The notes under the pieces were generated by a model, which was given only the letters and a program-made list of their open reading frames with translations, ran no database searches and had not been told where the DNA came from. From assembly GCF_021028975.2 (NCBI RefSeq), contig NC_059426.1:31124001-31188000 (forward strand): a stretch of DNA of 64,000 bases, given 5' to 3'. Each line of letters opens with the position of its first letter. Positions within the stretch are counted from its first letter, which is position 1. This DNA comes from Sphaerodactylus townsendi. Taxonomy: Eukaryota. Below, piece after piece: positions 23,742 through 36,637 of this stretch. Both the position numbers and the translations under genes were made by a program.

Positions 23742-23905
23742 CAGGGGTCTGCATGGCCAATTGGCCATGCTGGCAGGGGCTGATGGGAATTGTAAGATTG
23801 GTTAAGCTAAAGCAGGGGTCTGCATGGCCAATTAGCCATGCTGGCAGGGGCTGATGGAAATTGTAGTCCATGAACATCTGGAGAGCCGAAGGTTGCAGAC
23901 CCCTG
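23742..23905. mobile_element. hAT MITE with a deleted left arm and a 71-bp local duplication
   Basis: CAGGGGTCTGCA..TGCAGACCCCTG, TSD AGCTAAAG/GGCTAAAG. Confidence 0.8.
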
Positions 23906-24162
23906 GGCTAAAGACAGTGGCTGCTCCAAGTTCACCCCGTGAATTTTGACAATAGAAAAGGGATTTGAATCCAGATCTTCCCAGACTAGTCTGAGACTCT
24001 TAACTACTGCACCATGCTGGTTCTTGTTAGCTAGCTAGCTGATACATTTGTATTCTACCTGTCCTTAGGTGCTTAGACTGGCATATATGGTTATCTTTTC
24101 CTTATTTGATGCTCACAAAAGCCTTGTTAGATAAGTTAAGGTGAGAGACTGTGGTTGACTAA

Positions 24163-24313
24163 GGTCCCTTCCGCACATACAGAATAATTCGCATTCAATC
24201 CAATTTCACAATTGTTTGAAAGTGGATTTTGCTATTTTGCACAGTAAAATCCAGTTGCAAAGTACATTGAAAGTGGATTGAAAGTGCATTATTCTGCATG
24301 TGAGGAAGGGACC
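24163..24313. mobile_element. 151-bp Harbinger-like MITE copy
   Basis: Same body; flanks TAA/AAA. Confidence 0.85.
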
Positions 24314-24551
24314 AAAGGTCCCCTTGTGAGTTTCTTAGCAGCATAAGCATAGTGGGTTTTAAAAAACAGTTTATTTTTCAATCTGTACATTGTGACACAT
24401 TTGCCACCTGGAATTTTTGTTGCTTCAGATTTTTTCACTCACCTATTTTGTGTCTGTATTTGCTTTATTTACTTGTCCTCTTGGTCCTTTCGGATGGCGG
24501 CACAAGCAGTGAATTTCAGTTCAGGTTTACATGTCTCTCTTCCTCCTTTAG

Positions 24552-24791
24552 ATTCTTCAGGTTCCTCCAATGGCTGCAGTAATAATGCTGGAATTTGTCA
24601 GCAACTTTGCCTGCCTGTACCTGGAGGGCTTTTCTCGTGTGCTTGTGCAACTGGCTTCCAGTTAAACCCTGATAACCGAACCTGTTCTCCGTACAATTCC
24701 TTTGTGGTTGTCTCCATGCTGTCTGCAATTAAAGGATTTAGCTTGGAAACATCTGACCACTCTGAAGCAATGGTCCCTTTGGCAGGAAGGG
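24552..24791 (+). CDS. LRP2: LRP2 exon (240 nt), [11 protein letters not shown]...VPLAGR
   Basis: cctttag| and G|gtaggt, phase 1-1. Confidence 0.93.
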
Positions 24792-25274
24792 GTAGGTGAA
24801 GGTTATCGCTCCTGAGCAAAATCCTTTTATGTCTAATGTTCTGTTTTCTGCTGTTAGTGGGTAGAGCTGTATGTGCCTTAAGTAAACATATCGGTGGATT
24901 TTGTGCTGTTAAGTTAAAAATTAGCAAACAAGCCATCTGAGGGGAAATACTTGACTTTTTTATGCTAGATTAGAACATGGGAACTGAGAGCACAGTCAAA
25001 TGAAACGATTCTTTTCCCCCCTTTGTACCTGGAGTTCTGTGAAAAATGCATGGCAGTTGTACATATAGGCATTATGTCTGCTACATCTAGTTACCGGTAA
25101 TTTCAGATATTCCACATTGTGGATTTCAGGGTGACATCTATCCACTATAAATGCATCAGCTTCAGAGGGATCGAAAAAGATTCTTTGTTTATGCATCACT
25201 TCCAGGGGCTGAAAGGAATTTGGTAGTTCACACGTGCTTGTGCATCACTTGATTTCTCATTACTCGATGGCTGT

Positions 25275-25570
25275 TAAGTGAATGAGACCTGTGGGCCCTG
25301 CAGAATTTATCTCAGTTCTGCAGGGCCGGTAAGATGGAGCTGTTCCATGAGGCCTGTAGTTGAGTGCAGCTGCAGAGTTTGATCCCCCTTGACTGGCCTC
25401 CCTTCCCCTCCTTTTCTGTATTGTTATGATTATGTGTTATGCGGGTCATGGGCTGTTTTTATTTTAGTTTTAATTGTTCCACCCTGTTTTAAGGCATCAT
25501 AGCGTAATGATTAGAAGCCGCTCTGAGCCTGCTTTGTCAGGGACAGCAGAACATAAATCTAATAAATAAA
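25275..25570 (+). mobile_element. L2-like LINE 3' fragment
   Basis: Homologous to 13946-14405 in the opposite orientation; ends gccgctctgagcc...(TAAA)n. Confidence 0.65.
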
Positions 25571-26014
25571 TGTGTGAAACTTTCTTACTTGAAAAATACT
25601 GTGTTTGAGGTGATGTTGGCTGATACAAACACGTTGTCTCTCATATCTGTGGTGATATATTCATGCAGGAAGATTAAGATCTATGCAAAAACCAGTTTCA
25701 ATAAAATAAACCTCATAAAAATTTCCACTGAAATCATTAAGAATAGCTACACCAATTATAAACCTTTCTGCAGTGAAGTGAAAGCAAGTAGTGAACCAGA
25801 GCAGAAAACAGTCTTCTTGTGGTTGATAAAGCTGCAAGGGAAGGGAGATGACAACTACTGCTTTTTAAGGAAAAAATGTAGTGGTTAAAAACAACAACAG
25901 TTGTGAGTGGTTGTTTTTAGCAATTTAAAAGGTGGGATGGGTACAACAAGTTACCTGCTGCTGCTGCAGCTCAGATCCAAACAGAAATTATTCATTGGAT
26001 AAAATTTCCTCTAA

Positions 26015-26156
26015 GGCCCCTCCCACACATGCAGAATCGCACTTTGCAGCTGGATTTTACTGTACGGAATTTTACTGTATGGAATAGCAAAATTCACTTG
26101 CAAACAATTGTGAAAGTAGATTGAAAGTGCATTATTCTGCATGTGCGGAAGGGGCC
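26015..26156. mobile_element. Harbinger-like MITE copy with internal indels
   Basis: GGCCCCTCCCACAC..GTGCGGAAGGGGCC. Confidence 0.8.
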
Positions 26157-26189
26157 AAAAAAGGTCCAATCTGTGGTCATTGTAACATA

Positions 26190-26692
26190 GGCCCTTTCTG
26201 CACAGCGGAAAGGGCGCCTCTCCACCGGCAGAAATTATGTTCATCCCTTCTGCACGGGAGTGTGCGAGCGGCCCCGCAGAAGCCGGCGCAGAAGAGGTGG
26301 CTTCGCATGGAGCCGCCCCTTCTGCGTCCCCCCCACTCACCTCGTCCTCCAGCATCGCTCTGGAGGCCGTCAGGGACCCACCCACGCAGGTTGGAGGGCA
26401 GTGTGGGGTGGGCCCCTGACACCTCCAGAGCATGCTGGAGGACGAGGTGAGTGGAGGGGACGGGGAAAGCGCCGTCTTCCCAGCGGTGCAGTTCGCACTG
26501 CGCTGATGGGAAGACAGCATTTTGGAATAACCTCGCTAAACGAGCGAGGTTATTAGGAGCGGCTTCACGCCGCTCCTGGGTGGCCAGGACGGCGCTGCTA
26601 CGATCCAGCAGCACCTCCTGTACGAACAGCTGCCCTGGGACAGTGTTTTTGCTGTCCCTGGGCCGCTGTAAATGGCCCGTGCGGAAAGGGCC
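26190..26692. mobile_element. 503-bp GC/CpG-rich non-autonomous Harbinger-like element
   Basis: TIR GGCCCTTTC(T/C)GCAC, TSD ATA/ATA, internal inverted repeat actcacctcgtcctccagcat / atgctggaggacgaggtgagt. Confidence 0.85.
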
Positions 26693-26875
26693 ATACAGTT
26701 TGCCTCTAAGAAAGCTCTTCTTCCAGGTCAGAGGTTAGAATTGACATATGTCTTCTAGACAAATAGGAAATTGTCAGTTTCTTTTCCTAAAAGGTCTAAT
26801 ACCCAGTCATAAGCTGAACGACATACAGCAAACAGAATATTAAATGAAGAGTCATATATTTTTTAAACATTTCAG

Positions 26876-27064
26876 GGAGAAATGCGCTACATGTGGATGT
26901 CCACATCCCTTCTGGTTTCATTTATTGGTGCGACTTCAGCAGCAGCGTTCGTTCTCAAAATGCAATACGCAGAATCAAACCAGATGGCTCCTCCTTCACG
27001 AACATCATCACAGACGGGATAGGGCGCAATGGGATCCGCGGCATTGCAGTTGATTGGGTATCAG
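26876..27064 (+). CDS. LRP2: LRP2 exon (189 nt) RNALHVDV...IAVDWVS
   Basis: tttcag| and G|gtctgt, phase 1-1. Confidence 0.95.
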
Positions 27065-27097
27065 GTCTGTACCACTCTAGTGCAGCAAACATATCTA

Positions 27098-27360
27098 TGT
27101 TTTGTCAAAGGCTTTCATCGCCAGAATCAGTTGGCTGTTTTGGGTTTTCCAGGCTGTGTCGCTGTGATCGGGTAGTTTTAGCTCCTAAAGTTTCTATGAC
27201 TAGCATCATCCGAGGCATGTGACTGTAAGATGTGTTTCTCTCCGTGGCACACATCTTACCATGACATGCCTCTAAAGATGCCAACTATAGATGTGGGCAA
27301 AACATTAAAAGCTAACACTACCAGACCATAGCTACACAGCTTGAAAAACCCACAACAGTC
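27098..27360. mobile_element. Diverged Penelope-like inverted fragment
   Basis: Homologous to 23115-23382. Confidence 0.7.
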
Positions 27361-28065
27361 AAACATACTATGTGTTATGTTATTTGTGTTTTTGGAAATT
27401 TTAATGCCAAGAACCCCCGATATAAAAGTCATTAAAATAACTATCCACAATCATATATTCTTTAAAATTATTCTTGATGGGGGCCAGTTGTATGAAATCA
27501 TTTAGAGCACTTCCATTATGCTCCACCACCCCTCTGTGCTCTCCTAACAAAACAGTTGAAGAGATTCTTGTTACTTCAGTCTTTTTTTGAAGTATGCTGT
27601 ATGTAGTAAGGGTCACTTAGTCATTAGAATGGCTGCATCGGAATGAGGAAATGTTAGCTCTGAATGCATGACAGTAGTACACAGGTGTTGACTCAGAAGT
27701 AATTGCTGCTGATGTTAATAGAATCTTTGCCCTATTTGTCAGTTGTCTTTTCTTGGAATGCAAGTAATTGATGAGATGGTCTTTTAGGATATAAATGTAT
27801 GGGCTAGTTTTTAGACTGTACACTAGAGGATCTCTGCATTTCTTGCTAGGAATTTTGCCATTTGTGCAGCCTATCAGCATTCGCATTACAACCTGCAGGC
27901 AAAAGCGTACCGCCCAGGGGGACATACAGAGTCAAATGTCCGTGGGCTATGGCCATTTAGTTACGGGGAGGGCGGAAAACCACTCCCACACCCACCCTCC
28001 TTCCCCCTGGGTATATACACTGATTTCAAGACCTGGTGCAAAAACCCGTTGTTGCACATGCACAG

Positions 28066-28172
28066 CTACAGTTCCATCAGCCCCTGCTGGCATGACCAAT
28101 TGGCCATGCCAGCAGGAGCTGATGGGAATCGTAGTCCATGAACATCTGAAGTGCCAGAGTTGGACACCCCTA
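28066..28172. mobile_element. Partial palindromic hAT MITE
   Basis: gaccaattggccatg centre; right end gttggacacccct. Confidence 0.65.
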
Positions 28173-28578
28173 GTTTAGCATGTCAAATTAAGCCCTGCCT
28201 GGGGAAGATGTACAGAGACACTATCAAAACTAGTTGTTGTATCATAAACAGAGAGCTGGAGAGAGAAGGAAACGATCTTAGCCATACTTTACTCATTAAA
28301 GTCAGGTTTTAACCCATAGTTAAAACAAATCAAAGTTTTTTGTAAGCCCACTTAAAACTGTGATTTTTTTAAAAAAGTAATTTGTGGCCAGTATTTAATC
28401 ATGGTTTAGGAAATCATGTGAAACCAAGATTAATTAAGAAAGTTCAGTGTTCTATCTGCTTAATTTTAGGTTGTAGAATGTTTCTTTGTATAGTTCTACA
28501 TTGTTCTTCTGTACTTACTTGCATGTTCTCAACAAAGCTTAAGAATGAATGAATCCATGTTTTATGAGCCCTTCGGGG

Positions 28579-28716
28579 NNNNNNNNNNNNNNNNNNNNNN
28601 NNNNNNNNNNNNNNNNNNNNNNNNNNNNNNNNNNNNNNNNNNNNNNNNNNNNNNNNNNNNNNNNNNNNNNNNNNNNNNNNNNNNNNNNNNNNNNNNNNNN
28701 NNNNNNNNNNNNNNNN
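28579..28716. other. Assembly gap (138 N)
   Basis: Direct reading. Confidence 0.99.
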
Positions 28717-28736
28717 GTTTATTTTGTTCTATCCAG

Positions 28737-29657
28737 GAAATCTCTATTTTACTAATGCATTCCTGAGCGAGACATTTATAGAAGTTCTACGTTTAAACAC
28801 TACATATCGCCGTGTGCTGCTTAAAACCACTGTAGATATGCCAAGGCATATTGTGGTGGACCCCAAAAACAGATACCTTTTCTGGGCAGATTATGGACAG
28901 AATCCAAAGATAGAACGTGCATTTCTTGACACTACCAATAGGACTATTCTGGTGTCTGAAGGCATTGTTACACCACGTGGCTTGGCGGTCGATCACAACA
29001 ATGGCTACGTTTACTGGGTGGATGATTCTTTAGACATGATTGCAAGAATTTCACAAGATGGCGGAGAGCCAGAAATTGTCCGCTACGGCAGCCGTTACCC
29101 AACTCCATACGGCATTACTGTGTTTGAAAACTCTATGATTTGGGTAGACAGGAATTTGAAAAAGATCTTCCAAGCTAGTAAAGAGCCGGGAAATACTGAA
29201 GCACCAACGGTTATGAGAGACAACATCAACTGGCTGAGAGATGTTACGATTTACAACAGTCGCTATCAGTCACGGTCCCCTTCTGACATCAACCACAACC
29301 CGTGTCTGGAGAACAACGGAGGCTGTTCGCATCTGTGCTTTGCACTCCCTGACTTGGACGCCCCGAAGTGTGGATGTGCATTTGGATTGGTAGATAGTAG
29401 TGGTAAAAGCTGCTCTATTTCAACCGATGACTATCTGATCTTCGCTTTGGAGAATGCTCTGAAGAGCTTGCACCTGGATCCTGAGAATCATAGCCCTCCA
29501 TTTCAAACAGTGAATGTATTAAGAACTGCAGTAGCTCTTGACTATGACAGTGTGAACAATGTGATATATTTCACTCAGAGTTCCCCATCAGGCACAGGAA
29601 AGATAAGCTATCTTCACACCCACTCTGGAACTGGTCGCCCCACCATAATAGCATCAG
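28737..29657 (+). CDS. LRP2: LRP2 large exon (921 nt) NLYFTNAF...PTIIAS (propeller, EGF, propeller start)
   Basis: atccag| and G|gtaatc, phase 1-1, inside the 315-aa ORF. Confidence 0.97.
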
Positions 29658-30162
29658 GTAATCACTGCTAAATATTGTTCAAGATCCCAGCACTTGACTG
29701 TATGACAGTCTGAACAATTTGGGCTGCTTTTTAAGGTTTCACATGTCTCCACAGTCAGGATATTATTGTAGCTCTGCCTGTAGTTTCACTAATAGTTTCA
29801 CCCTAAAGAGGATTGTGCACTTCTGTGTCCATTGATTTCAGTGGACTTAAAAGGGTGTAACTTTGCTTAGGATTGCATTGTAAATCATGCTGTTCTACAC
29901 GTATCTGTGCATAGGATTGCTGACTGTGCATAGGATTGTTAATGCAGGTCCTGCAGGGGACACAGTACAAATATAATAATAGTAGCAGTAATGAAAATAA
30001 TAGCATACATGAAGTCTAGGACCCTCAACATGAATATATGTTGGTGTTGCAAAGGTTGGCAGTAGCCATGCTCTTGTGCAAGAGCATAAAGACTTACATA
30101 TAACCACACCTTTGTCTTCTGTCATGTGTTTTAAAATGGTCTGTAAGCTTTAGACCTGCAGT

Positions 30163-30286
30163 CAGAGGCGTAGCAAGGGGGAAAGAGCCCGGTGCACTAG
30201 TGCGTCCTCTGCCCACACCCCTGCCACGCCCCACAGGGGGCGCCCGGTGTGTCACGCACCCCCATCCCCTTCGAGCTTCGCCTCTG
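30163..30286. mobile_element. hAT MITE (TIR CAGAGGCGTAGC)
   Basis: Perfect TSD CCTGCAGT. Confidence 0.9.
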
Positions 30287-30411
30287 CCTGCAGTATCCTT
30301 CTGTGACTGACTGCTGGAGTGAGAAAGGCCTTTGATACGTTACGGTGATTGACACGTAGTGTTTTCATGCAGAGTTTTTTTTGTTGTGCTTTGTGTTCTG
30401 TATGTCTTAAG

Positions 30412-30577
30412 ATCTGGGAACTCCAGATGGTCTAGCCTTTGACTGGATCAACAACAGGATTTATTACAGTGACTATCTAAATCAGACCATCAGTTCAATG
30501 GCTGTGGATGGATCTAATCGCTCTGTGGTTGCACATGTTCCACGTCCAAGGGCCATCGTATTGGACCCTTGCCAAGG
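30412..30577 (+). CDS. LRP2: LRP2 exon (166 nt) [12 protein letters not shown]...VLDPCQ
   Basis: cttaag| and GG|gtaagt, phase 1-2; translated by hand. Confidence 0.94.
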
Positions 30578-31636
30578 GTAAGTTGTGCTGTCTGCATGTT
30601 GTGTTGAGAAATAAGGGGTTCTGCTTCCATATAGCTTCTTGTTTCTCTGCCTCCGTTTTATCAACTTTTATAAGGGAGACCTTGAATTACCTGTTTCTTT
30701 TGTGACTGAGGAAGTTTGCCATATCCCTTTGCTTCAGGACTTTCGAAAGTCTATTTTGCTCCTGAAGGCTTCAGTTTTTCTACTAATTAACCATATTTGG
30801 ATGTGTTGTTTGAGTTTGTTTGGCCTAATAATTCTGTTGGCCTTTACCCAAACATCTGTGTATTGAACATGGGAGTTTGTCTGCTACCTTTTTCATTCCT
30901 GCCTCCTCTTCTGATCCTTGTAAAACCTATGCCTGGATTGTGGGATCCATGTGGAAGAATAACGGCATGGGTTGGAAGGTTTGGTGTGATGAGGGGAAAG
31001 AGAATGAAGTTGCTCCTCCTTTGCCTCTGAAAGTGCAGTTCCACAGAAGGGATGGAGTTATTCCACCCCATGTTCCTCCTTATTCAAGCCCCTCCAACTC
31101 ACCACACTATTTTCCTTCAGTGTAGGGAAGTTATTCTCCTTTGGGTTAATGCCTCCTATTTGCTCCAAGGCAGGATTTATGCAAATCAATTTGAGCCCTG
31201 AGAGGACCAGTAGGAGGTTCCCCTATCCCCATGTGACAGCCCTTCCACTCCAGGCAAGACTCAGGCCCCTTCTTCACCATCATGCAATAAGTATCAGGCA
31301 GCAAGTAGGAGGCACCACTGCCATCTACAGGGCATAATGAGGAATGACACTCGGTCATGAGAAGTCAATGGAGTTACCTGGGACAAAAAAGATCAAAGGA
31401 GGGCACACCTATCCTTGAAACTTCCACTGCATTATTCCAGGGAGAACATTTTACCAAGCTTTTACCCAGAGTCATTCAAGCTTTCAGCTACAAACAGGAT
31501 TCTGCCAATCAGATTAAACTCTTGGCTTCTCCTAATCTAGACAAGCAAGTAACCGATTTTAAGTAATCAGTGTCTCTTTTGTCTGTTTGCCCCCTCTCAC
31601 CCTATTTTGAGGAGGCTACGAGTGCAGAATTTGCTC

Positions 31637-32373
31637 TGTGGGTCAGAATGGTGAGCTGCAATGCTTCAGCCAAAGCTCTTCTCATAGCCTGAGTTCACTC
31701 TCTCCAGAAGTCGGTTTCAGGCAGTCAGTTCAAGGTTGACTCGACCTTCCATCCTTCTGGGATCAGTAAAATGACCCAGGTTGTCTGGAAGGCCACTGGA
31801 AACCACACCATAAATATAGTAAATGTTGTGATGTGGCATCATCCCAAGGGTCAGTAATGATCTAGTACAGTGATGGCGAACCTTTTTGAGACTGAGTGTC
31901 CAAATTGCAACCCAAGCCCCACTTATTTATCGCAAAGTGCCAACCCGACAATTTAACCTGAATGCTGAGGTTTTAGTTTAGAAAAAACGGTTGGCTCCCT
32001 CTTCCTCCGCCCCACCCACTCGAGCAGGAGCCAGCGTGCTCTAGCCTCCAGCAAGTCCCACACGCACTGCTCTGTGCCTCTCAAGCATCTCTGCCTCCTC
32101 TGCACCACCCGCCCCCCTTGGGCAACAACCACCCGGAGCACAGGCACCAGGCCCACCAACCAAGTCCTCACTGCTCACCGCAGTGCATGCACCTCGTGCT
32201 CAGTGCCCCAGGCCAGCCTAGATATGTGTGTGTGTGGGTATGTGATTTTCCGCACCCACATAATGAACTCTGTGTGCGCGTGCCCACAGAGGGCTCCGAC
32301 TGCCACCTCTGGCACCTGTGCCGTAGGTTCGCCATCACTGATCTAGTATTTGCTCAGGGGACTACCTTTATCT
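31637..32373 (+). mobile_element. Squamate SINE interrupted by a hAT1-like element
   Basis: Core aggttgactcgaccttccatccttc..gtaaaatga; tail caggggactaccttta resumes after 32340. Confidence 0.6.
31868..32340. mobile_element. Non-autonomous hAT1-like element (TIR CAGTGATGGCGAACCT)
   Basis: Perfect 16-bp TIRs and a perfect TSD ATCTAGTA. Confidence 0.92.
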
Positions 32374-32529
32374 TCTGGAGAGCGGAATGCACTGTGCCTG
32401 GGAACAGTTGCTTACTGTAGCAACAAACAAAACCAAAAACGATTATTCTTGCTTTCTGATTCTGTTAAGGAAGATTTTTTAAAAAATTTGGTCGATGCTC
32501 TGATCTCTGCTCTGCAGATTTCAGAAAAC

Positions 32530-33330
32530 TTTAATAGGCATTAGAAAAAAACCCAAAACAGTTAAAACTAAATAAACGTACAGTTAAAAGAACATTATTA
32601 CAAGGCATGTAAAACACATATTAAGAATGTGGCTACAGCTGCGGATATTTCTACCTCGGGATTATTCAGTAATTTGATCATTTTAATTTTGTCTGGAAGA
32701 GACTCAAATCCTGTAGGAAATAATGCAACCAGGTCAGATCTAAGATTATTATGTTTAGCGCAGTGAAGCAAGACATGAGCAAGCGAGTCTGGTATATGGA
32801 GACAGAACAGGCAGCGTCGCTCAAGATGAGCGATATTAGAAAAACGACCTTGGAGTAAAGCTGAGGGAAAGGAGTTAACATCTTGCTCTGGTCATAACCC
32901 ATCTAAGTTTATAATTTACCAGTTGGTCCAGGTAAGTAGCAGGGTAGGATTTCTGGGGAGTAATTCCAAGAAATAATGGAGAACAAGAGCTCTGTGCTTT
33001 ACTTAAAAGAAATTGGTATTCCTGTTCAAATAGTCTTGCTTTTAGTTGGTGAAATAACTCAGGAGCAGTAAGCATTAGTAAAGACTCCCAGGTAAAACCC
33101 AGAGAAAGGTCTGCATTTGGGGGCTGTGTTATGTAAAGATTGAGAAAATGCCTTAGAAGACTCCAGAAATTAAAACAAAAACAAAAACAAATGATCACCA
33201 AAGAGTCGCATGAAGCCCCCTCCCCAGATATTGGAACTTCTGCAGTTCTATCTGATTTTTGCAGAGCCATCTTGAAGACCCACTGCAGGACCTTAATCCA
33301 GACCCCCTAATCCATAAAAGCACACTGCTG
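32530..33330 (-). mobile_element. RTE-X-like LINE 3' fragment
   Basis: Minus strand reads YLDQLVNYKLRWVMTRARC, a frameshift, then NSFPSALLQGRF..RRCLFC..SLAHVLLHC; 3' end atgcctattaaag; 5' limit approximate. Confidence 0.7.
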
Positions 33331-34030
33331 AAGATCAAAAAAGCACTAAAGTTTGTGGCAGACACCTCTGGACGTAACTGTCCAGTTCTTGCCCAAGCTA
33401 AAGCATCACCACAGCGTGCAGCTTAGGCGTTGGTAGGTTGACCTCCTTTCAAAGTCTGATCTCCAACTGGGAAAATGTTTGACGGGATGCTTTTTTGGTC
33501 CCCTCAACAAGACGGTAATCAAATGCAGATTTCAAATGGAACCTCTCAAATCCTTTCTAAAGGCTCTTACCTGAGGACCTCAGTTTTGACCTCAGGGAAG
33601 CATACCTGCATGTTCCTATCCACCCTACTTGCAAGCAGTTTCTTTGCTTTTCCTACAGTGGTTTTCACTACCAGTAGAGACTTTGCCATTTGGCCTGTAG
33701 TCATCCCCCCAGGATATTTACAACATTCATGATTATATTGGTGGCATCCCCTCAGATTTAGGGTTGCCACATGTATTCCTACTTGGACAACCTTGGACAA
33801 TCTTCATCCAGGGAATGTGCGCAACAAAAGACGCTCCAAGTTCTGCATCTTCACTTGGGGGGTGGGTGGGTTATTCCTCCAACAGTCACTTGAACCTGTT
33901 TTAGGAATGATGTTAATATTATTGCTGAGGTTGCTGTTTCACTTTACTTTTTGTTCAGTCCAATGTAGAGTTGATTTTGTTCAGTAGGAAGGCAAGCAAG
34001 CAAATACATTAATAATTGTGTTATTCATAG

Positions 34031-34189
34031 GTACATGTATTGGACTGATTGGAGTTCCAATGCTAAAATAGAACGAGCGACCCTTGGAGGAAATTTCAGG
34101 ACTGCCATTGTCAGCACCGACTTAGTGTGGCCAAATGGACTTACATTAGACTACGAGGAACAGCAGCTTTATTGGGCCGATGCAAATTT
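34031..34189 (+). CDS. LRP2: LRP2 exon (159 nt) YMYWTDW...YWADAN
   Basis: ttcatag| and TT|gtatgt, phase 2-2. Confidence 0.95.
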
Positions 34190-34407
34190 GTATGTATTGG
34201 TGCTTGATTTGCTTGCAGTTGAAACTGTCTATTTTAATGTGTCTTAGATGCTTGCGTACGGTATTAGTCTATACGGTACTTTAGTAGTATAGAAACTGCA
34301 TAATGAACATGATCAGTAAGAAGATTTTTTTTGTAGCCAGTAGTGTTCCATGTTAAGTTTATTTTCTTTTGCCAAGCGATCAAAATGGTGGGAATAAAAC
34401 CTAGAAG

Positions 34408-34672
34408 ACTGGTTGCTGTGTGGCCGTGGTCTGGTAGATCTTGTTCCTGTGCTGTGTGGCCGTGGTCTGGTAGATCTTGTTCCTAACGTTTCGCCTGCAT
34501 CTGTGGCTGGCATCTTCAGAGGTGTATCACAGAGAGAAGTCTTCTTCTGTGACTTCTGAAGACTTCTCTCTGTGATACACCTCTGAAGATGTACCTACCA
34601 GACCATGACCACACAACCTAGAAAACCCACAACAACCAGTTGAATTTGGCTGTGAAAGCCTTCTACAATACA
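34408..34672. mobile_element. Penelope-like inverted terminal fragment
   Basis: Homologous to 23115-23382; 36-bp tandem duplication; gaaagccttctacaata tail. Confidence 0.8.
34482..34522 (-). ncRNA. Minimal type I hammerhead ribozyme motif (Penelope-associated)
   Basis: Minus strand CCT-CTGAAGA-T-GCC-loop-GGC-GAAA-CG-TT-AGG: core intact, stem I CCU/AGG, stem II GCC/GGC, palindromic ACGU in place of stem III. Confidence 0.65.
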
Positions 34673-34683
34673 TTGAAAACCCA

Positions 34684-34963
34684 GAAGAGTTTGAATTTAT
34701 ACCCCACTTTTCTCTTCTGTAAGGAGTCTCAAAGCAGCTTACAAACTCCTTTTCTCTTCCTCTCCCCACAATAGACATCGTCTGAGGTAGGTAAGTCTGA
34801 GAGGGTTCTTGAGAAAACTGACTTGCCCAGATTCACCCAGCACGAATCACATGGAAGAGTGGGGAAAACAAACCTGGCTCACCAGATGTGGAACATCAGG
34901 AATTGAACCCTGTTCTCCGCATTAGAGTCCACCACTCTCAACCACTACCGCACTCTGGCTCTC
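34684..34963 (-). mobile_element. tRNA-derived SINE (Squam3-like)
   Basis: Reverse-complement homology to 46886-47152. Confidence 0.75.
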
Positions 34964-35467
34964 TTACTGAATGTTCTAATTTCCAGGAACCATTTTTATG
35001 GTTAGAACTTTTTAAAGACAAACAAAACAACAAACAGTAACAAACCCCAAAAAACATACGACAAGAGGAAGTATAAACACAATTAAGCCAAATATAAACA
35101 CAATTAAAGATTTACCGTTTTCTCTCTAGTTATAGCTACAGAATTCATTCTCAGTTATTATTACTTATGAGATCCACACATTTCTCTGTTGTGTCTATGT
35201 TCTTGTTCATCTGTTCTCAAATCCCCAAATATTCTTGGACAGGCTACTAGGCTACCAGGATATTGCTGTTCTGTGCAAATGCTTATAGCTTTGAATGCAA
35301 TGACATGTAATAGTGTTAATAGTTGATTGCTGTGCATTACAAGGATTTTTGAAGCTGGCAATGAGCTTCTCAGCATTTCTCCTAAGGGGGTTTGGAGGCA
35401 TGTAGTGTGTGACATGTGGGTGTCTTTTGCTTGGTTTTCAGATACTAACATGTCCTAATTGTTTTAG

Positions 35468-35757
35468 ACAGAAGATAGAGCGCAGCTCCCTTACAGGAAC
35501 AAATCGCGAGGTCATTGTTAGCACAGCCCTTTATCCATTTGCAATGACCCTCTTTGATCAACATATTTACTGGACAGACTGGAACACCCGAAGTATTTAC
35601 CGAGCCAACAAATTCGATGGATCAGACCAGATTGTTATGATCTCAAATCTGCCATCCAGACCGATGGATATTCACGTCTGGGCCGAAAGCAAGCAACAGA
35701 AATGCACCAATCTTTGTAACCAGTTCAATGGAGGTTGCAGCCATATCTGTGTAACAG
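35468..35757 (+). CDS. LRP2: LRP2 exon (290 nt) QKIERSSL...CSHICVT
   Basis: ttttag| and G|gtaaaa, phase 2-1. Confidence 0.95.
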
Positions 35758-36637
35758 GTAAAAAAAAGGGGGGGGGATAATGAATAACATCTGTATTGTG
35801 GTTTAGTCCCATGCCTTTCAATAAGGAATCAGATCAGCTGAGAAGGTTTTTATTTAAACTTTTGCAAACAGACAGCGTTTAAGTTTGGATTGTCATTCAC
35901 TGGAAACGTTGCCCATGGTTCAAAACTACAGGCGCAAAGACATAGACACGCAGACATAGCTGCATAGCACTTACATGTGCAAAGATGTAGACATGAACAT
36001 ATGAAGCTGCTGTGAACTGAGTCAGACCACAGGTCAAGTAAGGTCCTCTCAGTCTGACAGCAACTCACAAGGATCTCAGGCAAAAAGTCTTGTCACTTCA
36101 CATCCTGCCCGGTCTTTGAACTGCAGATGTACGGATTGAATTTGGGACCTTCTTCAGGCCAAAGGGATGCTCTGTCACTAAGCCACAAACCCCTAAGCAG
36201 TGGCAAATCCCATCCATATCTGACATCTAGGATACTGCATTGTCTGGTGACAGTGGAACAGCTGCAGCAGCTCTTACCGAGGAGATGCAAGGTTGTGACA
36301 GGCTGATCCTCCCATCGGTGGGGATGGATCGTAGTCAGCCTTTCTGGAGAGATTTGAGGCATAAAATCTCCCTCTGCAGCCAGTCGTAAAGCTTGCTGCT
36401 TGTTTAGTGCTGCAACGTATTATATGTTACACCTCAAACACCGCCTATACGGGACATATTCTGCACCCCGAGACAAATTCAAATTATCATGGGGTAACAA
36501 AATATCATCTCCCCCCTGAAAAGAATCGGTTTGTGGTGGCACAAGTTGTTGTGTTTCAGAACAGCCAAAGATTTGTTTCAAATATCCACAGCCTGTCTCA
36601 AACACATGTCAATAGTAAAACTAATGGCTTAGAATTT

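Noticed and set aside
26011-26738. Cluster of overlapping 60-169-aa ORFs, or a CpG-island promoter
   Set aside because: Explained by stop-poor, GC-rich transposon sequence bounded by TIRs and a TSD; no recognisable domain.
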